Part shown: piece after piece, positions 12,880 to 23,480 of the stretch
Numbering within the stretch: the stretch's first letter is position 1
Layout of the letters: each line of letters starts with the position of its first letter
Virus record (IMG/VR): IMGVR_UViG_3300025644_000002
Direction: 5' to 3' (one strand)
Source of the DNA: a virus
Taxonomy: Duplodnaviria > Heunggongvirae > Uroviricota > Caudoviricetes
DNA length: 39,488 nt
Notes under the pieces: model-generated
Databases searched by the model: none
Seen by the model: the letters and a program-made list of their open reading frames with translations, nothing else
What the model was told of the DNA's origin: nothing
Made by a program: the position numbers and the translations under genes

Positions 12880-13367
12880 TAGTATCCTATATCAAAATAT
12901 TCAGAGTGTACGCCGCCATAACAGTCGTCTATGTTGGCAGACATTTTCATAGATCTAGCCATTCTAGCATATCTAGTTGATAACACGTTAAATCAATTTA
13001 CATATCGCCCATACTTATCCTGATCCCTAACTGTAATCCCTCCGGCATCATTTCATGTTAATTGATTTCTTGCTGAAAGAATTCCTTTTGAAACTAAAAT
13101 ATGGAGGGTAGCCCCAAATTTCATTACCGACCAACTTGGTACCTCGGATATTGTAGTATACACACTACTTCTTATTGGGGGTATTTCATAATTAATTTCG
13201 TCTAGGGTATCTTTTAGACAATGTCATAAAAGAGTATCTGAACTTTCTTCTGTTAAATCTAATTCATTTTCTGCAACTGTATCATTAAGAAAGGTTCTAA
13301 ATCTATCTACATATAGCTGATCTGCAAAGGGTATTAAATTGGTTAATAATTCCTGAGTATTAGGCAT
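12879..13367 (-). CDS. Putative head-tail adaptor/neck protein (162 aa, 3 TGA=Trp)
   Basis: MPNTQELL..DRFRTFLND..SARNQLT*NDAGGITVRDQDKYGRYVN*F. The open frame fills the gap and ends in a TAATG junction. Lies downstream of the capsid gene. Confidence 0.55.
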
Positions 13368-13731
13368 TATCGTAGTCCTCCAAAATTACTATAGCTAAGG
13401 TACCACTTGTAGGTACTGTCATTTTATCACCATTAGTATAAGTGATCTGAAATTCTCCTAAGTATTCTCCCGCAGTAACGGTGTCTGCTGCTAGCCAAAT
13501 ATACCTAACTCGACCATCGTATCCGTTGTCTTTAGTTAGGTCTGTTGCCGGTAAAATGGTACAAGCCCCTGTAGCAATTATAGTAGTGCTATTTATTTCC
13601 TTCATAGTAAATTTCACTTCAGTGGCAATAGCCGCTGTTACATTAATGTTATTAGCGTCTACGTCCTGAAGTTGAACATCTAAGAAGGGCCTGGTATCGT
13701 GTCTTTTCATGTATACTACACTAGTAGCCAT
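13360..13731 (-). CDS. BppU N-terminal-like beta-sandwich virion protein
   Basis: MKRHDTRPFL..VKFTMK..GRVRYIW..DT..AGEYLGEFQITY..G..TVP resembles the BppU_N family. Confidence 0.6.
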   Translation of the reverse strand: MATSVVYMKRHDTRPFLDVQLQDVDANNINVTAAIATEVKFTMKEINSTTIIATGACTILPATDLTKDNGYDGRVRYIWLAADTVTAGEYLGEFQITYTNGDKMTVPTSGTLAIVILEDYDNA

Positions 13732-13740
13732 TTGAATCTC

Positions 13741-14088
13741 CTATATTATAGTTAAGGTGTTTCCCTTCGTAGTAACTATTACTACTGTATCCATACTGGT
13801 ATCAATCATCTGTATTTGAGAATTTGTTATTAAACTCGTAGCTTCAGTTGATACAACGTCTGTAACTAAGGAATGCCCTAGGACACTACTCACTGCGTAG
13901 GCTCTGTCGTCTTGTAAAGTTGTGTCTGTCATCCCTAATTGTAAATCTCGAAACAATAATGCCGCTAAGTCGGATGTAAAGTCTACAGCCTCAGTACCTC
14001 AAGCTCCTGGAAGAGTTACTGGAAATACATCTGGATCTCCTACTAAAGCCTTTATTTCACGTTTATAATTAGTTGTGGGATGTATCAT
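13741..14088 (-). CDS. Hypothetical virion-module protein (115 aa, 1 TGA)
   Basis: The track ORF extends through one TGA to an ATG at 14088 that lies 5 nt after a -10 box. Confidence 0.6.
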
Positions 14089-14093
14089 ATCTA

Positions 14094-14122
14094 AATATAG
14101 ATTTTGTGGAGGAAAATGTCAA
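14094..14122 (-). promoter_or_regulatory. Sigma70-type promoter TTGACA-N17-TATATT, probably leaderless
   Basis: Read directly; ATG is 5 nt downstream of the -10 box. Confidence 0.7.
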
Positions 14123-14126
14123 GGGT

Positions 14127-14154
14127 AAAAAAAAGGGCCAGCAAAGCCGACCCT
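14127..14154 (-). terminator. Rho-independent terminator after the major capsid gene
   Basis: AGGGTCGGC-TTT-GCTGGCCCT followed by a T run. Confidence 0.85.
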
Positions 14155-14176
14155 AATTTTAGCGTATGTATTAATA

Positions 14177-15100
14177 CTACGACAGTGTAAGTTTAGCAAG
14201 CGCTTTGGAGTTACCAAATCCGATGCCAATGTGTTCGTACACGGCCCATGTGATAATATTCTTTTTCTTTTCGATCCAGAATTTAGTATCGTTTAATACT
14301 AAGAATTGTCCTAAGAATTCTTGTGGTGCAAAAGCGTAGATCTTGTTCTGTAACAGTGCAGTTGACCCGTCCTGTTTGAACACTTTATTGGAAACAACTA
14401 CTTTACGTCCGAAGAGCGTATTGTAAGTGAAACCATTAATGTAGATTTCGCTTCCTGCTGAGTCACCAATAGTTGATGCATCATACAAGAATAATCTGTT
14501 ATACATTGTAGAATCCATTAATAGGGTATCGCAACGTAATTCCGCTCCGTCTAAAACGTCAAACAGTTCTTTTAGGCTTGATTTTTCAATCACACCTGTT
14601 TCACTGCCGGATGCTCTATAAGAACCGGTCTTAGCGTTTGCAACGGGCATTAGCGCGTCTACACCTTCTAAGAATTTTTCATCTTCAATGCGTTGTAAAT
14701 CGAGTACTGAGTTCTTCTCAATTATGTCAGTCAGTGGCATTTCATAGGCCAACAGCTCTTCTTCAGTCTTCTGAAAGTCTTCAGAACTAACCTGATACAG
14801 GGGTATCTCGAATCGATCGCCCATTACGTATCTAAGGTTTGGCTGTCCGCGCATGTTCAGTGCCATGGCTTCTGAGTCAGGCTCGATGTCCACGATTTTA
14901 ACTAGGCCGTCGTGATTGACAGATCTTGTCAAGTCAGCTTTAGTTACATATTGTGGATTTATTATTTTTCTTGCAAAAGAAACTTCACGTAGTTTTTGTC
15001 TAACGAAAGCTGATCCTTCCATAGCGACTTTCTCAAGTCCCGCAGGGGAATTAAGCTTTTCTACAAATAACTCATTTAGCGTACTAGCTGAATATTCCAT
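14177..15100 (-). CDS. Major capsid protein (probable HK97 fold, 307 aa)
   Basis: Size, position after protease/scaffold/decoration genes, strong SD (AAGGAGG) and a downstream terminator. The VSFARKII..E-loop-like and RKVVVSN P-domain-like segments fit. Confidence 0.8.
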   Translation of the reverse strand: MEYSASTLNELFVEKLNSPAGLEKVAMEGSAFVRQKLREVSFARKIINPQYVTKADLTRSVNHDGLVKIVDIEPDSEAMALNMRGQPNLRYVMGDRFEIPLYQVSSEDFQKTEEELLAYEMPLTDIIEKNSVLDLQRIEDEKFLEGVDALMPVANAKTGSYRASGSETGVIEKSSLKELFDVLDGAELRCDTLLMDSTMYNRLFLYDASTIGDSAGSEIYINGFTYNTLFGRKVVVSNKVFKQDGSTALLQNKIYAFAPQEFLGQFLVLNDTKFWIEKKKNIITWAVYEHIGIGFGNSKALAKLTLS

Positions 15101-15115
15101 TTTCTTAATCCTCCT

Positions 15116-15568
15116 TTATATGGTTACGTATTCAATTACGTTTGTTGCAGTTATGGCGCCTTGGAATTTAACATCATGACTATACTGCGCTTTAGTACAA
15201 ACCGCTACCTGGTGAGCCGAGCTCCCAGCTGTTGTAGACAGTGTTCCTGTAACAGATAAGTATAGTTTAGACCCAATAGCTGGCGTACCATCATATTGGT
15301 CAGTTCTTGCACGGATTTTACCATATAAAACAGTAATTTTTCCGGTAGCTGCTATGTCAGGGGAGAACCCTGCTAAAGAGCTTGAACGGTTAGATTCAGA
15401 CCAGATTGGAAATCCGAAGTTTCCAGCGGCCGCAACTTTTATACATTGATCAGTTCCGGTAGGACTAACCCATGAGCCTATTACGCCCGATGCTAAAACC
15501 CAGCCTGCCGCGTCTAACGTCAAGTCGATTCTAGTAAGGTTATTTAAGGTAGAAAGAATTTCTAACAT
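15116..15568 (-). CDS. Putative capsid decoration/cement protein
   Basis: 150 aa, Gly/Ala/Thr-rich beta type, immediately upstream of the capsid gene, GGAGG SD. Confidence 0.55.
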   Translation of the reverse strand: MLEILSTLNNLTRIDLTLDAAGWVLASGVIGSWVSPTGTDQCIKVAAAGNFGFPIWSESNRSSSLAGFSPDIAATGKITVLYGKIRARTDQYDGTPAIGSKLYLSVTGTLSTTAGSSAHQVAVCTKAQYSHDVKFQGAITATNVIEYVTI

Positions 15569-15591
15569 TCTATTATATCCTCCGATTATCT

Positions 15592-15912
15592 TTAAAGATC
15601 TTCGACAAGCATTCTTGTCAAAGGATCCATGGTCCCGTCATCCTGAAGTCGGTCACTAACTTCCCCTAGAGACGCGACAGCGCCTCCGAAGCTAGCAGCT
15701 TTTTCAATAACTTCAAGTTCCGAGTCGTCCTTTTGGACGAATTTCTTGATTGTGGACTCCAAATTTTCTGCAGCTACATGTCCGGCTTTAAACATCTGAA
15801 ATACTATTGCATACGCGTTTTGCACATGCGCCAGATCAGATGCTAATTTCTCATTATCATCTCTAAGAGATTCAACAAGAGCCATAGTTTCGCTAATTAA
15901 CTTGGGATCCAT
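15592..15912 (-). CDS. Head-morphogenesis hypothetical protein
   Basis: Intact acidic ORF in the head operon, carries EKAA. Confidence 0.6.
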   Translation of the reverse strand: MDPKLISETMALVESLRDDNEKLASDLAHVQNAYAIVFQMFKAGHVAAENLESTIKKFVQKDDSELEVIEKAASFGGAVASLGEVSDRLQDDGTMDPLTRMLVEDL

Positions 15913-15920
15913 TTTTTTTG

Positions 15921-16226
15921 TTAGTCTTTAGCTAACTCAGCTTTAATAGCTTGTCCTATAATTGTACCCATGTCTTCCAATTCAGCTACTTTTTCAAGCA
16001 TTGTTTCTTGTTCCACATCGTAATCAATCATCATTCCAGCTAATTTTATTACGTCATTTTCGTCGTAATCTTCACCATATTCTGCAGCTAATAAGCCTTC
16101 AGCGCCCTCAGCGTACTTACGTAAAGTTTCTTGACCCTCGTCAACTACTTCTTCAGTAACTTCTTCGGCCACTTTTTCAGCTTCAGTTTCCTGAATAGCT
16201 TTATATGTGTCTAATAGTGTTCCCAT
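15921..16226 (-). CDS. Acidic scaffold-like protein
   Basis: Intact ORF with EKVAE and KYAE motifs. Confidence 0.55.
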   Translation of the reverse strand: MGTLLDTYKAIQETEAEKVAEEVTEEVVDEGQETLRKYAEGAEGLLAAEYGEDYDENDVIKLAGMMIDYDVEQETMLEKVAELEDMGTIIGQAIKAELAKD

Positions 16227-16228
16227 CT

Positions 16229-16816
16229 TTAGTTATCTCCTAAATACTGTGAGGTTAATGCTCCGATAATTCTATCCGCAGCAGTTGTTTTTTCAGCTTC
16301 TTTAACTTCTTCTTTCATTTCTTCAGCTACTTCTTCAGTCTTTTCAGCTTCTTTAACTTCTTCTTTCACTTCTTCTTTAACTACTTCAGCTATTTCTTCA
16401 GCTACTTCTTCAGACGCCTGTTTCTGCAATTCCTTCCAGAAACCTTGAGCCATAATTCTACCCGCATCTTCATATTTTTCAGCTTCTTTCTGTAAGTCTT
16501 CTTCAGCTACTTCTTCAGCTACTTCTTCAGTCTTTTCAGCTTCTTTAACTTCTTCTTTCACTTCTTCAGCTACTTCTTCAGTCTTTTCTGCTTCTTTAAC
16601 TTCTTCTTTAACTACTTCAGCTACTTCTTCAGTCTTTTCAGCTTCTTTAACTTCTTCTTTCACTTCTTCAGCTACTTCTTCAGTCTTTTCTGCTTCTTTA
16701 ACTTCTTCTTTAACTTCCGTAGAACCTTCAAGCATTGCGTCATTAAAAGATTCTTCAGCTGTTTTTTCGTGTTCAGCTTTTAGTTTTGCTAAAATATTGT
16801 CTATATTAAGTGACAT
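16229..16816 (-). CDS. Acidic scaffold-like protein with 17-aa tandem repeats (EEVKEEVKEAEKTEEVA)
   Basis: Glu-rich, about 4-5 copies of a 51-bp unit, between protease and capsid genes. Confidence 0.6.
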   Translation of the reverse strand: MSLNIDNILAKLKAEHEKTAEESFNDAMLEGSTEVKEEVKEAEKTEEVAEEVKEEVKEAEKTEEVAEVVKEEVKEAEKTEEVAEEVKEEVKEAEKTEEVAEEVAEEDLQKEAEKYEDAGRIMAQGFWKELQKQASEEVAEEIAEVVKEEVKEEVKEAEKTEEVAEEMKEEVKEAEKTTAADRIIGALTSQYLGDN

Positions 16817-16817
16817 T

Positions 16818-18539
16818 TTATTGCCCTCCTATGATATCTTTATACAATAAATCCAAATCTTCCGGACTTATTTCTGATAATAACTCTGCTGTTTTAAAAA
16901 ACTTAGGTCTCTTAATAGCTGTTGCTACAGTGGCCCCCACTAGTCCTGCGAGTAATGGATGTTTTCTGGCAAAGTTCTCTGTTGGTTTTAAAGGTACACC
17001 TTTTCTAGCTTTATTCTCCTGTTTACCTGCGTAATAGTAGGCGGTTGGTACTGTTATTAAAGAAGACATTAGGAATTTGTCCACAGCTCCTAAAGAGGCT
17101 TCTTTATTAAATGCTACACTTTGGCTGGCTAAAGAACCGGCCGTTCCCGCTCCCACTAATACTGGAAGTAACCAAGGATATTTAACTACAAACGATCTAA
17201 ATTTATTAATCGATGGATTATTAAATACCTTCGCATACCCGTAATATAAGCTTCCTAGAAGTCCTAATGGAACTACTGGATTTCTATGTGCTGAAACAGG
17301 TGGTTCCTCTTTCTGCGTAAATAAGAAACGTTTTATTCCGCTACGTTCTCTAGAAACATTACTTGGATAGGTTGTTGCTTGAGACTCATATCCTACTTTA
17401 TGTATTCCTCTTGCTAATACTCATTGTTTAGTAAGAGACATATCTGGGACTGACTTCAAAAGCACCCCTGCGATCTTGCTATTAAAATTATCAAAAGTTA
17501 CATTGGGTAATTCTGTAGGGACTGTGTCCTTATCTACAATAAAACAAACTCCATTTTCAGCCCATTTATCTGCCGCTTCTTTTTGTCCAAAAACGTACGC
17601 AGCCAATTTTTGAAAATCTTCTCTAACTGGTGCAATTCGTAAAGCCATCATTGTAGAAAGTATCTCGTCGATATTATACTTAGAAAGCTTTTCGATTGTT
17701 TCATCTGAAAGTCTTTTCTGAGTATGTAATAGGATATTTTTTGGATCTTGGTCCGCAATCTCTATTTTAACGTCTACTTTTTTTCTAATTTCTGCTCTTG
17801 GTTCAAACCCGGCAGCTTTAAAAAGCTGTTTTGTTTCTTTTGGTAATTCCTCTGCAATTTTTATAACACGAGGTCTACTAGATGATTTTGCTTCAAGAAG
17901 CCTAATAAAACTAGCAGTCCTGTCGGCAGGGATAGTTACAACACTGATATCAAAAAATTTCGGCATTGTATTTATTGCGTAAACTTTTCTACCGTCGGAT
18001 AAAATATTATTCATACGATACTTTAAGTGGTCACAATATTGAGCTCTCGTTTGAGCTTTGTTTCCGCAAATGGAGCATATGTCAAAAGGAACTTTAGTTC
18101 CCATAGAACAAAATGGTAATTCTCCTTTTTGCATTTTTGTAATAACGTCTGCACCTTTTTTAGAATCTAATTCTAATATTAATTCTACTCGATGCATTGT
18201 AGGATTATAATGTGAAAATAAAACCTTACCTAACGATTTTCTTGGATCCTTATTTACATGGTGTCTGTACACATGACCTAAAGCTTCAAATGTTTTATGA
18301 TATTGTTTTAAGGCCTTTTCTGGAAAATGATCACCATTTCTATTAGAGCTATAAAATTCTCCAGCAGATAAAGCATTTACTAAAGCATATACTTTGTCAA
18401 CACGCTTTTTTAAAGAATTAATATAATCTACTAACTCTTCTGAATACGACGCAGTTTTCTCCATGGTTCCCTTACCGATAAGGGTAAACACCTCAGAGTT
18501 ATTGTCTCCGTAAAAGTATTCTGCGCGTTTTTCTATCAT
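16818..18539 (-). CDS. Putative prohead (maturation) protease with Cys-rich insertion and C-terminal extension (573 aa, 1 TGA)
   Basis: NGDHFPEKAL, HRVELI, SMGTKVPFDICSICG..YCDHL and FFDISVVTIPAD resemble HK97-type prohead proteases. TGA at 17421 joins in frame to ORF 16818-17156. Confidence 0.65.
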
Positions 18540-18546
18540 TTAATTT

Positions 18547-19110
18547 TTATGTAATGTCGCTATCGAAAGGTGAATTATATTTTGTAGGAGATGTTTGTGC
18601 TTTCCCAAATTCTGCTAAGCCGTCAAATGCTCCTTGCACTAACTCTTTTGATACCATATCTGATAATCCAGGACCCTTTCCGGGTTTCATAGGAGCTCTA
18701 CCAACACCTACTAATGTAGAAAACGTATCAGGAGGGGGTCCTCCAAAGGAATCATAATGACCCCTTTCAATAGACTGCCTAATATAGGCTCCAGAAGCTA
18801 ACGGATCTCTAGCCATGTGCGGTGCAAAATGGTATAATGATTCCCAGTATAATGAAAGTATATTAGGGTCTACCTTATGTAACTTAGGATGCACTGCCAT
18901 CATTTTCTTAAATGCTTTTTTAGCCACAAACTTTTTATTTTTAGATTTAAATACTTCCGTAACTGTATCTACAACAGCGTCAAGTGCTAAAGTAGCAATC
19001 ATCATTCCAGCACCAGCTTTAAAATACTGTATTATTTTTGCCGGATCCTTTTCCCCGATTGCGCCTCTTATCAAACCACTAAATACTTGTGAACCTTTTA
19101 TCTTAGGCAT
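18547..19110 (-). CDS. Hypothetical head-module protein
   Basis: Intact 187-aa ORF with TAATG coupling to the upstream gene. Confidence 0.6.
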   Translation of the reverse strand: MPKIKGSQVFSGLIRGAIGEKDPAKIIQYFKAGAGMMIATLALDAVVDTVTEVFKSKNKKFVAKKAFKKMMAVHPKLHKVDPNILSLYWESLYHFAPHMARDPLASGAYIRQSIERGHYDSFGGPPPDTFSTLVGVGRAPMKPGKGPGLSDMVSKELVQGAFDGLAEFGKAQTSPTKYNSPFDSDIT

Positions 19111-20072
19111 TATCTTCTCCCCATTTTATGCTGAACTAATTTCTTTTGTAATATCAAACCTTGTTCAAACTTACCTTTATTTTTGCCAGACTTATGTACC
19201 ATTGCCCCCACAGCTAATGCTGCAGTAGTTTTGGGATGATTTATAATTGTTTTTCCAATACCTTTAATTACTTTTAAGGCCGCTGATTTTTCTTGTAATA
19301 GTCCACTAATATTAGGAAGAGAGGCTTCTTTAGTAAATTTAGTATAATCCTCTGTTTCCTGTTCTAAATTTTTATCTGCTTGGCAGATTTCATCAGTATA
19401 TGTTTCCAATCTTTCAGCGATTTTATAAATATCTGAGTTAGGGTTAGGGGTTAAGGAATTGTCACCTTCTGTATCTAATTTAACAAAAGGCATATTTGGT
19501 TGTAGTTCCTCTCTTATTGAGGAAATAAAATGTTCATGGGTTTGTGGTGCAGCGACTTTTATAATTTCAGAAACGTTTCCATAAGAGCATCCGCCTAATA
19601 CTGCTTGTTTTATTAGAGACTTTAACTGTCCATATGTAGTATCCCAACTCGTTACATGCTCTGCAATTATATTACTTTCTCTTTGTATACTACCTAAATG
19701 ACGTTGGGCCATTTTCCGTAATTCTGATTCCGTTGCCTCACGTTTCTCAGCGCTTGCTACTTTTTGCATAGAAAAAATAGAAGGCTCATCGTCATAATCG
19801 CTTAAATCCACAGCTACTTTGATAGATTTCATATTCTTTTTAGCTTCCTTTGAATCCGCAACTTCAAAACGTATATATTTATCCGAAGCTGTTTTCATCA
19901 TGTTAAGATACGTGGCCGTATTAGCAAATTCTGCAACTCGGTCAATTTGGTATGTAGTAAATCCCTGGGCTTCAGCTGTTTTAGCTAAACCTTCTGTAAG
20001 AGGGATAGAGTTTTTGATATACTTTTCGGAAATAGACTTACCGAAAATTTCTAAGTCGGATGCTGTGAACAT
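19110..20072 (-). CDS. Hypothetical head-module protein (320 aa)
   Basis: Intact ORF with several KxA motifs (KTAE, KTAS, KVAS, EKSA). Confidence 0.65.
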   Translation of the reverse strand: MFTASDLEIFGKSISEKYIKNSIPLTEGLAKTAEAQGFTTYQIDRVAEFANTATYLNMMKTASDKYIRFEVADSKEAKKNMKSIKVAVDLSDYDDEPSIFSMQKVASAEKREATESELRKMAQRHLGSIQRESNIIAEHVTSWDTTYGQLKSLIKQAVLGGCSYGNVSEIIKVAAPQTHEHFISSIREELQPNMPFVKLDTEGDNSLTPNPNSDIYKIAERLETYTDEICQADKNLEQETEDYTKFTKEASLPNISGLLQEKSAALKVIKGIGKTIINHPKTTAALAVGAMVHKSGKNKGKFEQGLILQKKLVQHKMGRR

Positions 20073-20077
20073 AACTA

Positions 20078-20106
20078 AATATGGCTCCTTATCCTTTAAT
20101 TGTCAA
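20078..20106 (-). promoter_or_regulatory. Sigma70-type promoter TTGACA-N17-CATATT
   Basis: Read directly; ATG 20072 is 5 nt after the -10 box. An AAGGAG also lies inside the spacer. Confidence 0.55.
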
Positions 20107-20124
20107 GTAATTTTTTATTTTTTT

Positions 20125-21663
20125 TTATTTTACTGCCCCAAACATTAGTTCGCAAGCTATAGTTCCAAAAATACAAGCATGGGCAAAATCATCTGGACCT
20201 ATATTAATATATTTCATAAATCCTCGCTCTTCGTCATAGTCAATTTGTATATTCATAATGTCTTCTTTAAAAGAATCCATTGATACTGTATGTGGAAATT
20301 CTATTCGTAAATTTTTAATGTTTTCAAAGAATTCAGTCATTACTTTAGTTCTATTTAAAGTGTAGGCGGGCATCTTGTCATTCCATTGAATTTTATTTTT
20401 CTGGGTACCGGAATGTTGAAATGCTACTACTTTTTCATAACCTATTCTAGCTCTGAGTTCTGAATTTGGCGCTTCGCCCATTCCATAATCTGAAGCTACA
20501 CTAACGCAATTTCACTTAGCCATTATTTTAGGAATTTCTGGAACGATAAAACTATAATCGGCTTCTTTTCCAATAAACTTTTTAGCATAAACTACTCGTA
20601 ATTTATTAGAGCGAAGTTGCATTACTACTGCTACGGTATAAGATTTTTCTGAATTAACTGGGCCATAATCGATAGCTAATACACTAGGATAATTACGCTG
20701 TTCCTCGTTAGGATCCTCTTCCATTAACGGGCCGGTACTGGCTCTATCTATTTCAAATTCTGTAACAGGTGATACTCCAGCATCATATTCTAACGCTAAT
20801 ACTTCATTGTGAAAAAAAGCTTTAGACCAATGCCTTTGTTTATCTAATATATCTTCCTGCCAATTAACCCAGGGTGCTTTTGCAAAGTGTAAAGCGCAAA
20901 CTCTATACCCTTCCATAGCTGTAGGATTTTTTAAAGAATATGTAGAAACTCATTCTCCTCCTACACTAATATCTAAAGGTCTACCACACTTCTTACATAT
21001 AACTCCGAAATCCCCAATGTTTTCTTCATCTAAAATATTTCAATGATTACAACTTTGGCACTTAACTATATATTCGCACATAGTAGATTTATGCCATAAA
21101 TCAGCTAAAGTTCCTCTAGAACGTTTTGGGGTACCAGAATATACTATCCATTTATAATCAGAGTGTGTCATAGTTTCCTGTACCACAGGAATAATTTCAC
21201 TAAGCATGTCCTGACACTCATCGAAAATATTCATATCCGCAGAAAATCCACGTAATTTATCAGCAGAAAGCAGCGCATATCTTATATGCATTAAAGATCC
21301 ATTAGCTAATTCTTTATGGTGAACATTATCTACTAGAGAAGTATTCATATAGTGATCTTTCATAAAAGGGCTACCTTCTAAAAAAGGTTTCACCCTATCA
21401 TGACTGAATATCTTAGCTTGAGTAATCGTAGGAGCTACGTATAAAGTTTTAAAGAAAGGAATCATACCAGAATTAGCTGTTACCATTCCCGCCATTGTAG
21501 TGGATTTAGCCGTCTGTCTGCTAAATTGCATAACTTTCTTTTTAGGCGAAGTATCCCACACACGTCGCATATGGGGGTAATCATCTAAAGAGAAGGGGGC
21601 GCCATTTAGCCAGAAAAATGATTCTGCAAATTCGCTACGTGATATTGCTATCTTTTGAGACAT
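20125..21663 (-). CDS. terL: Terminase large subunit (512 aa, 3 TGA=Trp)
   Basis: Walker A SRQTAKST, Walker B IFDECQD, SGTP, CxxC..CxxC insert, nuclease AIDYG and SDYGMG. Three track ORFs join via TGA at 21040, 20950 and 20512 (CNH*NILD, GE*VST, AK*NC). Confidence 0.9.
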
Positions 21664-21875
21664 CTTGGATTAGATTTTTTCTTTTTATGTTTGGTTCTTT
21701 GGCTAGGCTTAACATAATGCTGTCTTCATCTCACTTCTTCCATGATATTTTCTGTATCTAATCTGCTTCTTAAGCGTCTTAGTGCATCACTAATTCCTCT
21801 TTGATCTTGGTTGTGTACGTATACCTTTAACCCAAAATCTTTAGGTCCACTTTTCTTCTGTATCTTATTTGCCAT
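21648..21875 (-). CDS. rpsU: Ribosomal protein bS21 (75 aa, 1 TGA)
   Basis: GLKVYVHNQDQRGISDALRRLRSRLDTENIMEEVR*RQHYVKPSQR fits the bS21 pattern V..V..ALRR..K...E.R.R..Y.KPS. Missing from the ORF track. Confidence 0.8.
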
Positions 21876-22656
21876 TGTTTAGCTTGATTTCTTTAAATTT
21901 TTCGAATAACTCGCCATGAGGTCCGTGTTCGATAAATTTATATACTACGTTTCTATAATTATTCCTCGGGGTTCCTCACCCTAAAGAATACTCTAATTTT
22001 CTAGATTTATCTAGATTTTGAGAAAAATTAATGAGATCTTGTCTATCTTCATTTATTTCCTTTTTTTTATTTCTAATCCACCATCACTTATGTCAAGAAT
22101 CTGGTAATGCTATAAGAGTCTCTAAATCTTTTTTGTCTTTATGGAAAGCTAAAACAAGTCTTTTATAATGTCCAGCAACCATTTTTGCTATAATAAATTC
22201 TTGATTAAATTGCTTATGCGGGTCTCTAACTGTAGCTCTAGCGGGTGGGTTGTTTGCTCAAACATTTGAAATTACATCAAATACTCCAAACGTAGAATTT
22301 TCTCAATTAGATAATTTTGAAGTATGGGGCATAACAAAATAATTTACAGGATGTCGGGTACCCTGTGCAAGATAGCCATTAACTTCTTTCTTAGCTTGAT
22401 GAAAATAGTCACCATAAGGCTCAATCGTAACGTTTATATCTATGTCCGACGTTTCAGTATATTTGTATCCTGTAATGGATCCTAAAATAACCACACTTCG
22501 TACCACTTTCTTAGGCACAAAAGCATATAACCTATTTAAAATTTGATCCCTAATGTGGGGATATAGTTTTCCCTCAGTAGTCCATATATCGCTAGCTAAA
22601 GTATCTTGTGGCACATCTAAGATGCCTGCTTGTTTTTTAATGTATTGATTACTCAT
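21865..22656 (-). CDS. Pol-beta-superfamily nucleotidyltransferase (263 aa, 5 TGA)
   Basis: ILGSITGYKYTETSDIDINV (GS..DxD). Reading through TGA extends it to a TAA overlapping the bS21 start. Confidence 0.75.
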
Positions 22657-23479
22657 TCATCAAATCCAGGATATGTTTGGGTTCGTCAGAATCTTTTACA
22701 TGTCCAGCTCTGTGCTGTTTTACTTCAAACGTTACTTCGGCAAAGAAGTCTTCTTTTTTCTTTTTATCTTTATCTAATTTTTCTAATTTGTCTGCCAGCT
22801 TAACAGCTAACGCTCCTCATTTTTGTGCAAGTTCTGGGTCAATTGTTGATCTCTCGGTAAAATTATAATACGCATCATTCATCATATCCTTTAACATGGA
22901 GTCAAAAGATTTATCAGGAGATGCTCCAAGTTTTCAAATTAAGTAATTTTTATCATGTTCTAGAGCAGTTCTATATGCGTGTTGTAAAAAATGTTCTTTG
23001 GTTTTTCGCACTAATGCTTTTTTATCAGCAATTGTTCAACCTTGTACATCAAAGAAGTAGTGTAAGAAAGATTCTATATCTTCATGCTCATAGTCGATAT
23101 TAAATTTCCCATTAACTATAAGCTCAATATCTTCTTCTGTTATCTTCGCAAGCGCTAGTGATGTAATTAATCTATACATAAGCATATCATTTACTACTTC
23201 AAAAGAACCTTTAACTCCCTTAACGCTTTTAGGAGTATATACTTTATATAAATATGCAAACATTGTTTCTATGTTTATTTGTTCTAATACTTCAGAAGGA
23301 GGCACAATCTCAGGAGATTTAAAATATTCAGGAAAAGCCTTCTCTAGTCCTTCTCTAATAACCATGATATCTGACAAAGGCATTTCAAGATTATAGATAT
23401 CTAAGCCCGCCTTTACATCCTCTGGGGGTAATTTACGCATAACTAGCGTTTCTACATATTTTATAAATGGGTATTTCAT
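22649..23479 (-). CDS. Hypothetical protein (276 aa, 3 TGA); terminase small subunit possible from position only
   Basis: Read-through fills the gap to a TAA overlapping the next ATG. Confidence 0.55.
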
Positions 23480-23480
23480 A

